A stretch of 32,000 nt of DNA from Dapis sp. BLCC M126 (GCF_050015975.1 NZ_JBNHER010000004.1:71290-103289), one strand, 5' to 3'; numbered from the stretch's first letter, positions 1 to 8,386 are shown. Made by a program: numbers and translations. Notes: a model not told the origin generated them from the sequence alone.

Positions 1-98
1 TTTTTATGAATTTACAAACAGCTTCTAAGGAACTTAGATAAGAGATGTTAGATTAATGAGGTAGAGTTATAAATTAATATAACTTTCTCAAAAAAACA

Positions 99-1850
99 AT
101 GACTAACAGGATACTTAGACATCGCTATAAAATTTTATCAGAGTTAGGAAAAGGTGGTTTTGGCACTACTTATTTAGCTACCGATCTAGATCTTCCTAAT
201 AATCCTCCATGTGTTGTTAAACACCTGGCTCCTTCTGACCCACGACCAAAAGTGTTTCAAATTGCTAAAACTTTATTTGATAAGGAAGCAAGAACATTAC
301 AACATCTGGGAGAACATAATCAAATCCCCAAATTACTAGCTTACTTTGAAGAGGATAAACAATTTTATTTGGTGCAAGAGTTTGTTAAAGGTTATGACTT
401 AACAAAAGAGATTTATTCTGGCAAAAGGTTTAGCGAAAATGAGGTAGTCAAACTATTAGTTGAAATTTTAGAAGTTTTAAAATATGTGCATCAGCAAAAC
501 GTAATTCATCGTGACTTAAAACCTCAGAATATTATGCGTAGAGAATCTGATGACAAAATAGTTTTAATCGATTTTGGGGCTGTCAAAGAAATTAAAGGAT
601 TAACCGTAACAAGCGAAGGTCATACAACTATTACTATAGCTGTGGGAACTCCTGGATATATGCCTCTTGAACAAGCAGCAGGTAAACCAAAATTTTGTAG
701 TGATATTTATGCTGTGGGAATGATGGCTATTGAAGCATTAACTAGAATCAAAGCTGGTAAATTACAAGAAAATAAATCTACAGGTGAAATTATCTGGAAA
801 AACCAAGTTCATGTGAGTGAAAAATTGGGTAGAATTTTAGATAAAATGGTTGCTGATTATTGGAGGCATCGTTATCAAAATATTGATGAGCTAATAACTG
901 AATTAGGAAAGATTGGTAATCAACCTATCTGGGGATTAAGATTTAACAACTTTTTTAGCAGGATTTCAAGTGAATTATCTGAGCAGTTTAATAATAATGT
1001 AAATAATCAATCACAGTCTTCCACATCACAACAAGCAACAGCTTTAATATTTAAGAATATTGATTGTACTAAATTGCATGATTTATTAGCAGCAAAAAAG
1101 TGGAAACAGGCAAATTGGGAAACAAATATAGTTATGCAAAAAGCTGCGAAAATAAGATTGCTAGTAAAATTTTTGGGAGTATTTGGTTGGGGATTAAATT
1201 CCCAGAATATGAAACAAATTTCTTGTACTGACTTGCAAACTATTGACCAACTTTGGCAACAATACAGTAACGGTAAATTTGGATTTAGTATACAAAAGCA
1301 AATTTACTTGGATACGGGAAATAATCCCTTAGAATTTACAAAAGAAACTTATCAAAAATTTTCCGAGAAAATTGGATGGAAACTAAAGCGAAATAAGGGA
1401 CTTCTGGGTGGATGGTTATTATATTGTAATTTAATCTTTAAAAACAAAGCCTCTAGAGGACATCTCCCAGTATTAATAACTTCAAAAATTCGATTTTGGT
1501 CTGTATTATGTGGACTGGCATTTTGTTCTAGTATAGTCGGTCTATTTAGCATTTATAGTTATTTAGTTTTACAATTGTATTACATCTACGGTGGTTTAAT
1601 TAATAATTTGTTTTTGATTTTAAAGGCGCAGTACAAGTATGGTGCTTTGATTGGTCGTGGAATTTTTGTTATTTTAGTATTTATTATCTTTTTTGGTATT
1701 TTGTTATTTTTGATTTGGGCTAGTAGAATAATTAGGCTTAACTATTTAATCAGAAGGCGTTGGTATTTGTCGAATTCTCATTCATATTTTTGCTTTCTTT
1801 CACACAGACTTGATGAATGTAACATAGAAGGGTTTAAGTCATCTACATAA
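99..1850 (+). CDS. Ser/Thr protein kinase with C-terminal GUN4-like domain and hydrophobic multi-TM tail
   Basis: 583-aa ORF. Hanks kinase motifs GKGGFG, VVK, HRDLKPQN, DFG, GTPGYMPLEQ. Residues ~325-465 carry the GUN4 signature (KLHDLLAAKKWKQANWET...CTDLQTIDQLWQQYSNGKFGFSIQKQIY...GHLP). The last ~120 aa are strongly hydrophobic. Confidence 0.85.
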   Translation: MTNRILRHRYKILSELGKGGFGTTYLATDLDLPNNPPCVVKHLAPSDPRPKVFQIAKTLFDKEARTLQHLGEHNQIPKLLAYFEEDKQFYLVQEFVKGYDLTKEIYSGKRFSENEVVKLLVEILEVLKYVHQQNVIHRDLKPQNIMRRESDDKIVLIDFGAVKEIKGLTVTSEGHTTITIAVGTPGYMPLEQAAGKPKFCSDIYAVGMMAIEALTRIKAGKLQENKSTGEIIWKNQVHVSEKLGRILDKMVADYWRHRYQNIDELITELGKIGNQPIWGLRFNNFFSRISSELSEQFNNNVNNQSQSSTSQQATALIFKNIDCTKLHDLLAAKKWKQANWETNIVMQKAAKIRLLVKFLGVFGWGLNSQNMKQISCTDLQTIDQLWQQYSNGKFGFSIQKQIYLDTGNNPLEFTKETYQKFSEKIGWKLKRNKGLLGGWLLYCNLIFKNKASRGHLPVLITSKIRFWSVLCGLAFCSSIVGLFSIYSYLVLQLYYIYGGLINNLFLILKAQYKYGALIGRGIFVILVFIIFFGILLFLIWASRIIRLNYLIRRRWYLSNSHSYFCFLSHRLDECNIEGFKSST

Positions 1851-2012
1851 GAAAATTAAGAGTTACTCTGTTTGATTATTTTAATTAAAATACAAATCAA
1901 GGGGAATATATAGCAATAATTTTAGTATTGCATACGACTATTCTAGCTTATTTATTAATCCCTTACTCCTGACTTCTGGCTGCTGAGTCGTAATAATATA
2001 AAATTGATATAA

Positions 2013-2129
2013 TATTATTTTCGGTTAAATAGTTATTATAATTACAGTTCGTAGTAGGGCTTTAGCCCGAACTGTAGATAGGGCTGAAGCCCTACTACAA
2101 ACAAAAACTTTATTATAAGTGATTATCCG
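2013..2129. mobile_element. MITE-like hairpin element, copy A
   Basis: Core GTAGTAGGGCTTTAGCCCGAACTGTAGATAGGGCTGAAGCCCTACTAC, flanked by ATATTATTTTCGGTTAAATAGTTAT-type arms. Same family as 4951, 6503 and 13432. Confidence 0.55.
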
Positions 2130-2179
2130 TTAGCGTAGCTCCCCCGGAGGGGGCATATGATATAACTTAATAAAAAACA

Positions 2180-4795
2180 ATGACTAGCAAAACACTTAGA
2201 CATCGCTATAAAATTTTATCAGAGCTAGGCAAAGGTGGTTTCGGCACCACTTATTTAGCTACTGATCTAGACCTTCCCAATCATCCTAAATGTGTTGTTA
2301 AACAACTCGCTCCATCAGACCCTAGACCACAAGTTTTTCAAATTGCTAAAACTTTATTTGAAAAAGAAGCCATAACATTACAACGTCTGGGAGAACACAA
2401 TCAAATCCCCAGATTATTTGCCTACTTTGAAGAGGGCGAGCAATTTTATCTAGTTCAGGAATTTATTCAAGGTAACGATTTAACAAAAGAGATTTATCTA
2501 GGGCAAAAAATCACTGAAGAACAAGCAATTCAACTATTAACTGAAATCTTAGAAGTTTTAAAGTATGTACATCAACAAAATGTAATTCATCGTGACTTAA
2601 AACCTCAGAATATTATGCGGAGAAAATCTGATAAAAAAATAGTTTTAATTGACTTTGGTGCAGTCAAAGAAATTAAAGGGTTAACCATAACAACTGGAGG
2701 TCATACAACCCACACAATAGCAGTAGGAACTCCTGGATATATGCCCGGTGAACAAGCAGCAGGTCAACCGAGATTGTGTAGCGATATTTATGCTGTGGGA
2801 ATGATGACTATTGAAGCATTAAGTGGAATGCAGGCAAGTCGATTAGCTAAAGACCCATCCACTGGTGAACTTATCTGGAAAAACCAAGTTAATGTGAGTG
2901 AAAAATTGGGTATAGTTCTAGATAAAATGGTTGCGGATTATTGGAGACATCGTTATCAAACTATTGATGAAATAATGGTGGAATTAAATGATAATAATTA
3001 TGTGAATAATCAATCACAACAACAAACAGTTTTAATACATAAAAATCAGGTTAATAATCAACAACCAACTATTCCTCCTTCTGCTTCACCGTCATTTACC
3101 CCACAACCTTCACCAACTCCCTCTCCAAGTTGGGTCAAAATAGGCTTAGGTATTGCTGGCGGTGCTATTCTTGCTGGTATTATTATTATTCCTAATATTC
3201 TTAGGCAAAAAGAAACATCTTCACCATCACCTACTGTCAACGTTCAAGAGCAGGAAATATCTTCACCATCACCTCCACCTACCCTCAACGATCAAGACCA
3301 GGAAAAACTTTTACCACCACCCCTACCACCATTACCACCTCTACCACCACTACCACCTACCCCCAACGATCCCAAAATAAAAATTAGAGAAAGACTTCTC
3401 AAGAACCAGGAAAAATTTTTACCTGCACCAAACCGCAATACTATCTCCTACGCCAAAAATATTTCCGAAATTCACACTCTTACTGGTCATAACGACTGGA
3501 TTCGTTCTGTTGCGGTAAGTCCAGATGGACAGACTATTGTTAGTGGTAGCTATGACAAAACCATCAAAGTCTGGGATGTCCCAACTGGTAGTCTCAAGAT
3601 GACTCTCTCTGACAATAGTGAACCAGTTTTGTCGGTGGCTATTAATCCCAACGGGAAAACTATTGTTAGTGGTAGCGCTGACGGCACGATTAAGGTTTGG
3701 GATTTAGCAACAGGAACTCTCAAAGCTACTCTTACTGATCATAGGAAGGAAGTTTATTCTCTTGCTATTAGCTCCGACGGACAAACTATTATTAGTGGTA
3801 GTGCTGACGGCACGATTAAGGTTTGGGATTTAACAACAGGAACTCTCAAAGCTACTATTAATGGTCATAGTAACGCTGTTTATTCTGTTGCCATCAGTTC
3901 CGACGGACAAACTATTGTGAGTGGTAGTGGTGATAGCACGATTAAGGTTTGGGATTTAGCAACTGGTAATCTCAAAGCTACTCTCACTGGTCATAACGAC
4001 CAAGTTTTTTCTATTGCCATCAGTCCTGACGGACAAACTATTGTGAGTGGCAGCGCTGACGGCATAGTTAAGGTTTGGGATTTGGCAACTGGTAATCTCA
4101 AAGACACTCTCACTGGTCATACTAAGGAGGTTTGGTCTGTTGCTATTAGCTCAGATGGGAAAACCATTGTTAGTGGTAGCGAAGACAAGACTATCAAAAT
4201 CTGGGATTTGGCAACTGGTAATCTCAAAGACACTCTCACTGGTCATCAATGGGTAGTTACGTCCGTTGCCATCAGTGCCGACGGACAAAATATTATTAGT
4301 GGTAGTGACGACAAAACTATTAAAGTCTGGAGTGAATTCGCAGATTACTCTAAAATAAAAAAGCTGCTTGCAGAAGGAAAGTGGAAAGAAGCAGATCGGG
4401 AAACAGAAAAGATTATGCTTCAAGTTGCCAAGCGAAAATCCGAAGCATGGTTAAATCCCGTTTCAATATCTACATTTCCTTGTTCAGACCTCAAAAAAAT
4501 AGACAAACTTTGGGTAGAAAATTCTAATGGGCATTTTGGTTTCAGCGTGCAAAAACCAATCTATTTAGAAACAGGAAATAAGCCAAGAAATTTTCAAGAA
4601 GAACCCTATAAACTTTTTGGCAAAACTGTTGGATGGTATCAAAATGATAACTGGTTAAAATATGATGAGCTAGCCTTTGATTTTCCTGAAAACTCACCAA
4701 AAGGTCATCTTCCTCCTCCCCATCGTAAAAGAACAAGTGCTGCACTTGCTCCATACCATTATCTGATGGATAAACTAATAAAATGTAATTTGTAA
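2180..4795 (+). CDS. Ser/Thr protein kinase - TM helix - Pro-rich linker - 7x WD40 - GUN4-like domain
   Basis: 871-aa ORF. The kinase domain is about four-fifths identical by eye to the upstream paralog, with the same catalytic motifs. Hydrophobic helix WVKIGLGIAGGAILAGIIIIPNIL. LPPLPPLPPLPP linker. Seven 42-aa GH...WD units. C-terminal GUN4 signature (LLAEGKWKEADRET...CSDLKKIDKLWVENSNGHFGFSVQK...GHLP). Confidence 0.9.
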   Translation: MTSKTLRHRYKILSELGKGGFGTTYLATDLDLPNHPKCVVKQLAPSDPRPQVFQIAKTLFEKEAITLQRLGEHNQIPRLFAYFEEGEQFYLVQEFIQGNDLTKEIYLGQKITEEQAIQLLTEILEVLKYVHQQNVIHRDLKPQNIMRRKSDKKIVLIDFGAVKEIKGLTITTGGHTTHTIAVGTPGYMPGEQAAGQPRLCSDIYAVGMMTIEALSGMQASRLAKDPSTGELIWKNQVNVSEKLGIVLDKMVADYWRHRYQTIDEIMVELNDNNYVNNQSQQQTVLIHKNQVNNQQPTIPPSASPSFTPQPSPTPSPSWVKIGLGIAGGAILAGIIIIPNILRQKETSSPSPTVNVQEQEISSPSPPPTLNDQDQEKLLPPPLPPLPPLPPLPPTPNDPKIKIRERLLKNQEKFLPAPNRNTISYAKNISEIHTLTGHNDWIRSVAVSPDGQTIVSGSYDKTIKVWDVPTGSLKMTLSDNSEPVLSVAINPNGKTIVSGSADGTIKVWDLATGTLKATLTDHRKEVYSLAISSDGQTIISGSADGTIKVWDLTTGTLKATINGHSNAVYSVAISSDGQTIVSGSGDSTIKVWDLATGNLKATLTGHNDQVFSIAISPDGQTIVSGSADGIVKVWDLATGNLKDTLTGHTKEVWSVAISSDGKTIVSGSEDKTIKIWDLATGNLKDTLTGHQWVVTSVAISADGQNIISGSDDKTIKVWSEFADYSKIKKLLAEGKWKEADRETEKIMLQVAKRKSEAWLNPVSISTFPCSDLKKIDKLWVENSNGHFGFSVQKPIYLETGNKPRNFQEEPYKLFGKTVGWYQNDNWLKYDELAFDFPENSPKGHLPPPHRKRTSAALAPYHYLMDKLIKCNL
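3470..4333 (+). repeat. Seven tandem 126-nt (42-aa) WD40 coding repeats
   Basis: Successive GH/DH...(S/I)GS.D.TIK(V/I)WD units recur every 126 nt (for example 3485 vs 3611). Long identical nucleotide runs such as GACGGACAAACTATTGT(G/T)AGTGG. Confidence 0.85.
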
Positions 4796-4950
4796 TCTAA
4801 ATTTCGTATATTTAAGCTACATTATGGCCAGGTTAGTTAGTAGCAGTAGTTGATAGTTAAGTAGTTATAACAAGCATGAAAAAATAATATTACAAAGAGC
4901 AAATAGAATTCTGGGAAACTTAATTTATGATAGTCCAAAGATGAAGATTT

Positions 4951-5076
4951 ATATCATGTTCGGATAATTTAGTTATAATAAATTTTTGGTTTGTAGTTGG
5001 GCTTTAGCCCTAAGATATTTCCCTGGCTAGAGCAAAACTACGAGCATAATTATGACTGTCATAGCGAACATGATAT
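4951..5076. mobile_element. MITE-like hairpin element, copy B (core degraded)
   Basis: Termini ATATCATGTTCG / CGAACATGATAT are a perfect 12-bp inverted repeat. Core GTTTGTAGTTGGGCTTTAGCCC. Confidence 0.55.
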
Positions 5077-5080
5077 TACT

Positions 5081-5488
5081 TATATGAAATACGAAAAATT
5101 ATGCTACAAACAAAGCATCAGATAAAGCTTATAATATAAAATACAAAAAATTTACAAATAAATATATGAATCTCTCTATTAATTTTTGGTAGCAAACATT
5201 AACGTATTTCATATTACCACTTACTACCTAAAACCTAAAATTTATTTGTAGAAAATATTTATGAAGCTGGTATTAGACGTAATTAAATGTAATTAAACTT
5301 TACTATTTGTAGTGATATTTATGCTGTAGGAATTATAGGTATTGAAGCATTAACTGGAATGCATGCGAATAATGTTTACTACCAAAGATTGATGGATAGA
5401 TGGGGAGATTCGTATATTTTATTTGCACAATTTTTTGTATTTCAGATTAGAAGCTTTATTTGTAGCGTAATTTTTCGTATCTCATATA
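5081..5488. repeat. Inverted repeat pair enclosing ~300 bp that includes the kinase fragment
   Basis: 5081-5116 TATATGAAATACGAAAAATTATGCTACAAACAAAGC versus the reverse complement of 5453-5488 TATATGAGATACGAAAAATTACGCTACAAATAAAGC: 33/36 identical. Weaker similarity continues inward to ~5151 and ~5431. Confidence 0.75.
5308..5375 (+). pseudogene. Relic fragment of a third kinase paralog (subdomain IX only)
   Basis: TGTAGTGATATTTATGCTGTAGGAATTATAGGTATTGAAGCATTAACTGGAATGCATGC translates to CSDIYAVGIIGIEALTGMHA. This matches CSDIYAVGMM(A/T)IEAL of both kinases at nucleotide and protein level. Stops lie just upstream and no other kinase motifs are present. Confidence 0.65.
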
Positions 5489-5525
5489 AAATTAATTTAC
5501 TGTCTTTTTTATTTGTACTTAATTA

Positions 5526-6443
5526 ATGAATTTACCAATTATTTATCATCCTAATTATATTGCACCTATGCCATCTGGTCATCGCTTTCCGATGGCAAAA
5601 TTCAAACTACTTTATGAAATGTTACTGGCAGATGAAGTAACAAATAAATCCCATTTTTTTACCCCAGATTTCCCACCTTTAGAATGGATAGAATTAATAC
5701 ATAATCCCAACTATATAGAAGGATATTGTAACGGCACTTTAGACCCAAAAGCACAAAGACGAATCGGTTTGCCCTGGAGTGAAGCATTAGCAAATCGAAC
5801 TTGCATTGCTGTGGGTGGTGCAATATTAACAGCGCAGTTGGCATTGAAACATGGTTTAGCTTGCAATACTGCTGGTGGCACTCATCATGCGTTTCCCAGT
5901 TATGGGTCTGGATTTTGTATTTTTAATGATTTAGCGATCGCTGCTCGTGTGATTCAAAAATTAGGATTAGCAAAAAAAATTCTAATAGTAGATTTAGATG
6001 TGCATCAAGGAGATGGCACTGCTTGGATATTTCAAAACGATCCTACTGTATTTACATTTTCCATGCACTGTGGTATTAATTTTCCCAGTAGAAAACAAAT
6101 TAGCGATTTAGACGTACCTTTGCCAGAGGGAATGGATGACGATCGCTATCTCCAGACATTAGCAGAATATTTACCAGATTTGTTGTCAGAAGTCAAGCCA
6201 GATTTGGTTTTGTATGATGCAGGAGTCGATACTCATATCCATGATGTTTTGGGAAAGTTAGCTTTGACAAATACAGGAATATTTCGGCGGGAGATGCAAG
6301 TATTGAGTACCTGTGTAGGAGCAGGTTATCCCGTCGCTTGCGTTATTGGTGGTGGGTATACTAAGGATATGAATTCATTGGTTTACACTCATTCATTATT
6401 GCATCGTGCTGCTAGAGATGTTTTTCAGCAGTATCGACTGTGA
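5526..6443 (+). CDS. Histone deacetylase-family (acetoin utilisation/acetylpolyamine amidohydrolase-like) protein
   Basis: 305-aa ORF with HDAC-family motifs GGTHHA, GFCIFND, DLDVHQGDGT and GGGY. Confidence 0.85.
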   Translation: MNLPIIYHPNYIAPMPSGHRFPMAKFKLLYEMLLADEVTNKSHFFTPDFPPLEWIELIHNPNYIEGYCNGTLDPKAQRRIGLPWSEALANRTCIAVGGAILTAQLALKHGLACNTAGGTHHAFPSYGSGFCIFNDLAIAARVIQKLGLAKKILIVDLDVHQGDGTAWIFQNDPTVFTFSMHCGINFPSRKQISDLDVPLPEGMDDDRYLQTLAEYLPDLLSEVKPDLVLYDAGVDTHIHDVLGKLALTNTGIFRREMQVLSTCVGAGYPVACVIGGGYTKDMNSLVYTHSLLHRAARDVFQQYRL

Positions 6444-6502
6444 TAGTGAGATGGGGTGATGGGGAGCTGGGGAGATAGGGAGACTAAGCACTAATTAAGC
6501 CT

Positions 6503-6595
6503 TTGTTTGTAGTTGGGCTAAAGCCCATGATATGTCTGGGCTAAAGCCCAACTACGATCATGATTATGTTTTACCTATTAGACATCTCCGATAAT
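6503..6595. mobile_element. MITE-like hairpin element, copy C (left arm missing)
   Basis: GTTTGTAGTTGGGCTAAAGCCC...GGGCTAAAGCCCAACTAC core plus a right arm ending CCGATAAT. Confidence 0.5.
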
Positions 6596-6665
6596 AAAAA
6601 ATAAAATCAATTATTTCCCCCTACTGGACTGTTTCATCTTCAATGTTGCAACAGGAAATTGGTCA

Positions 6666-6780
6666 GAGATTGCTATCCTAACGGACTGCTCCGCATTCAT
6701 GTCGGCTCTTAGCCGAAACACTATCGTTTGCGATAGCAAACCTGCGCTTTTCATGTCGGCGACAGCCGAAACGCAATGAC
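6666..6780. repeat. GAGATTGC...CGCAATGAC element, long form with three internal hairpins
   Basis: Hairpins TCGGCT-ctt-AGCCGA, CTATCG-tttg-CGATAG and TCGGC-gaca-GCCGA. The CATGTCGGC..AGCCGAAAC module is duplicated. Termini match the 29-nt copy at 18636-18664. Confidence 0.5.
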
Positions 6781-6835
6781 TATTCTAATGTACTGTTTTA
6801 GCTGAAATAGTCTACTACCCTCTACTACCTACTCC

Positions 6836-7708
6836 CTATTCTAAAAAATAATCAAGTAACGCCTGAGTTGTTTCCTCTGGCGCTTCCTCTGGCACAAAAT
6901 GACCGCAAGGCAAAGCTTGACCGCGGACATCTATCGCTCTTTCTCGCCAGGTTTCCAATACATCATAACATTTTTCCATCACTCCCAACCCTCCCCACAA
7001 TACCAATAACGGACATTGTATTTTGCTGTCAATATCTGCTTCATCATGTTCTAAGTCAATAGAAGCAGCAGCACGGTAGTCTTCACAAGTAGCATGAATA
7101 CTCGCGGGTTCACTAAAACAACGAACATATTCTGCTATGGCAGTCTCAGTGAAGCCTGCTTGGTTAGCACTCCACTGTTTTAGTTTACTCTCCAAATAAA
7201 ATGCAGGATCGGAACCGATGAGACGTTCAGGAATATTATTCGGTTCGAGGAGAAAAAACCAGTGGGAGTAAGCAGTAGCGAGTTGTTGGTTGACTGTTTG
7301 AAAAATTTTTCTTGTGGGTACAATGTCAAGCACTGCTGCTTTTTCCACACAGTCGGGGCGATCGAGTAATAGGCGATGGAGAACTCTACCGCCGCGATCG
7401 TGACCTGCTGCTAAGAATTTTGGGAAACCCAGAGCTGCCATTACTTCTACTTGGTCTTGGGCGGTGACTCGTTTGGAATAGGTGAGATGTTGGGGGTCTG
7501 AGGGTGGTTTGTCGCTGTCGCCGTAACCCCGCAAGTCTGTACAAATGACAGTGAAATGTTGGGCGAGGGTAGGGGCGACTTTGTGCCACATAATGTGGGT
7601 TTGAGGATAGCCGTGCAATAGTAGTAGTGGAGGTCCGTCTCCGCCTTTTGATAAATTAATGGTGACATTGGAAGTGGTGATTTTGTGGTAGGTAAATTGT
7701 TCAAACAT
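6836..7708 (-). CDS. Alpha/beta hydrolase, haloacetate dehalogenase / epoxide hydrolase-like
   Basis: 290-aa ORF. HGYPQTHxMW oxyanion region, GHDRGGRV nucleophile elbow with Asp as in fluoroacetate dehalogenase-type enzymes, and C-terminal CGHFVPEE. Confidence 0.85.
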   Translation of the reverse strand: MFEQFTYHKITTSNVTINLSKGGDGPPLLLLHGYPQTHIMWHKVAPTLAQHFTVICTDLRGYGDSDKPPSDPQHLTYSKRVTAQDQVEVMAALGFPKFLAAGHDRGGRVLHRLLLDRPDCVEKAAVLDIVPTRKIFQTVNQQLATAYSHWFFLLEPNNIPERLIGSDPAFYLESKLKQWSANQAGFTETAIAEYVRCFSEPASIHATCEDYRAAASIDLEHDEADIDSKIQCPLLVLWGGLGVMEKCYDVLETWRERAIDVRGQALPCGHFVPEEAPEETTQALLDYFLE

Positions 7709-7960
7709 AAGAATTTAGTCTGGTAGGTAAATAGTGATTTTTTTAGATTACTGGTAAGTTTAATTTAGTTGGGCTAGGCCATCTTAAAATATACTGATAA
7801 TTTTACACGAAAAAAAAGCTTTACATCTTGATTTTTCAGGATTTCTCTTGGTACGGGGTGTAGAGTTTATGTAATTATACGATTATAATGTTGCTATCTG
7901 TTTTCTATTTCTGGCCTAGATACCACTTACACCTAATACTATTAACAAGGAGTAAAAATA

Positions 7961-8386
7961 ATGGAACCTGTGTCATTAACTGCAGCAGCGATCGCTACTT
8001 TGGCTTTTACAAAAGCTCTGGAAAAAACTGTCGAAAAGTTTACTGAAGGAGCATTGAAAAAAATGGACGAGCTACGTCTGAAGATTTGGGATAGGTTAAA
8101 AGGTAATTCTAAGGCAGAAAAAGCTATAACAGCAGTTGAGCAAGGCTCGAAACAGGAAATAGAAAGATTGGCAGTATATCTCCAGGATGTGATGGAAGAT
8201 GATCAGGAGTTTGCTGCTGAAGTCCAAGCACTAGCCAAAGAAATTGAGGCAGGAAAAAAACAAGAGCCGGGAATGAATCAGTATCTCTATGATAGTGCAA
8301 AAGGTATTCAGCAGGTTAAGGCAGAAGGTGGGACTAATTATATCGCAGCAGAAATTAATCAGACATTTTATGAAAAAAAGATATGA
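7961..8386 (+). CDS. Hypothetical helical protein; probably the detached N-terminal module of the downstream NB-ARC/TPR gene
   Basis: 141-aa ORF with predicted amphipathic helices (TKALEKTVEKFTEGALKKMDELRLKIWDRLKG) and a Q/N/G-rich tail (GIQQVKAEGGTNYIAAEINQTFY). It ends at TGA 8384-8386, in the same frame as the next ORF. Confidence 0.6.
   Translation: MEPVSLTAAAIATLAFTKALEKTVEKFTEGALKKMDELRLKIWDRLKGNSKAEKAITAVEQGSKQEIERLAVYLQDVMEDDQEFAAEVQALAKEIEAGKKQEPGMNQYLYDSAKGIQQVKAEGGTNYIAAEINQTFYEKKI

Noticed and set aside
3058-3380. 60-aa and 75-aa ORFs in the Pro-rich linker of kinase 2; likewise 1352..1552, 4151..4423 and 4542..4754 antisense ORFs
   Set aside because: They are nested in strongly supported kinase CDSs. 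Their low-complexity products derive from CCA/CCT repeats or WD40 repeats.
7386-7704. 67-aa and 85-aa minus-strand ORFs overlapping the alpha/beta hydrolase
   Set aside because: They are other frames of the same strand within a CDS that has clear catalytic motifs.
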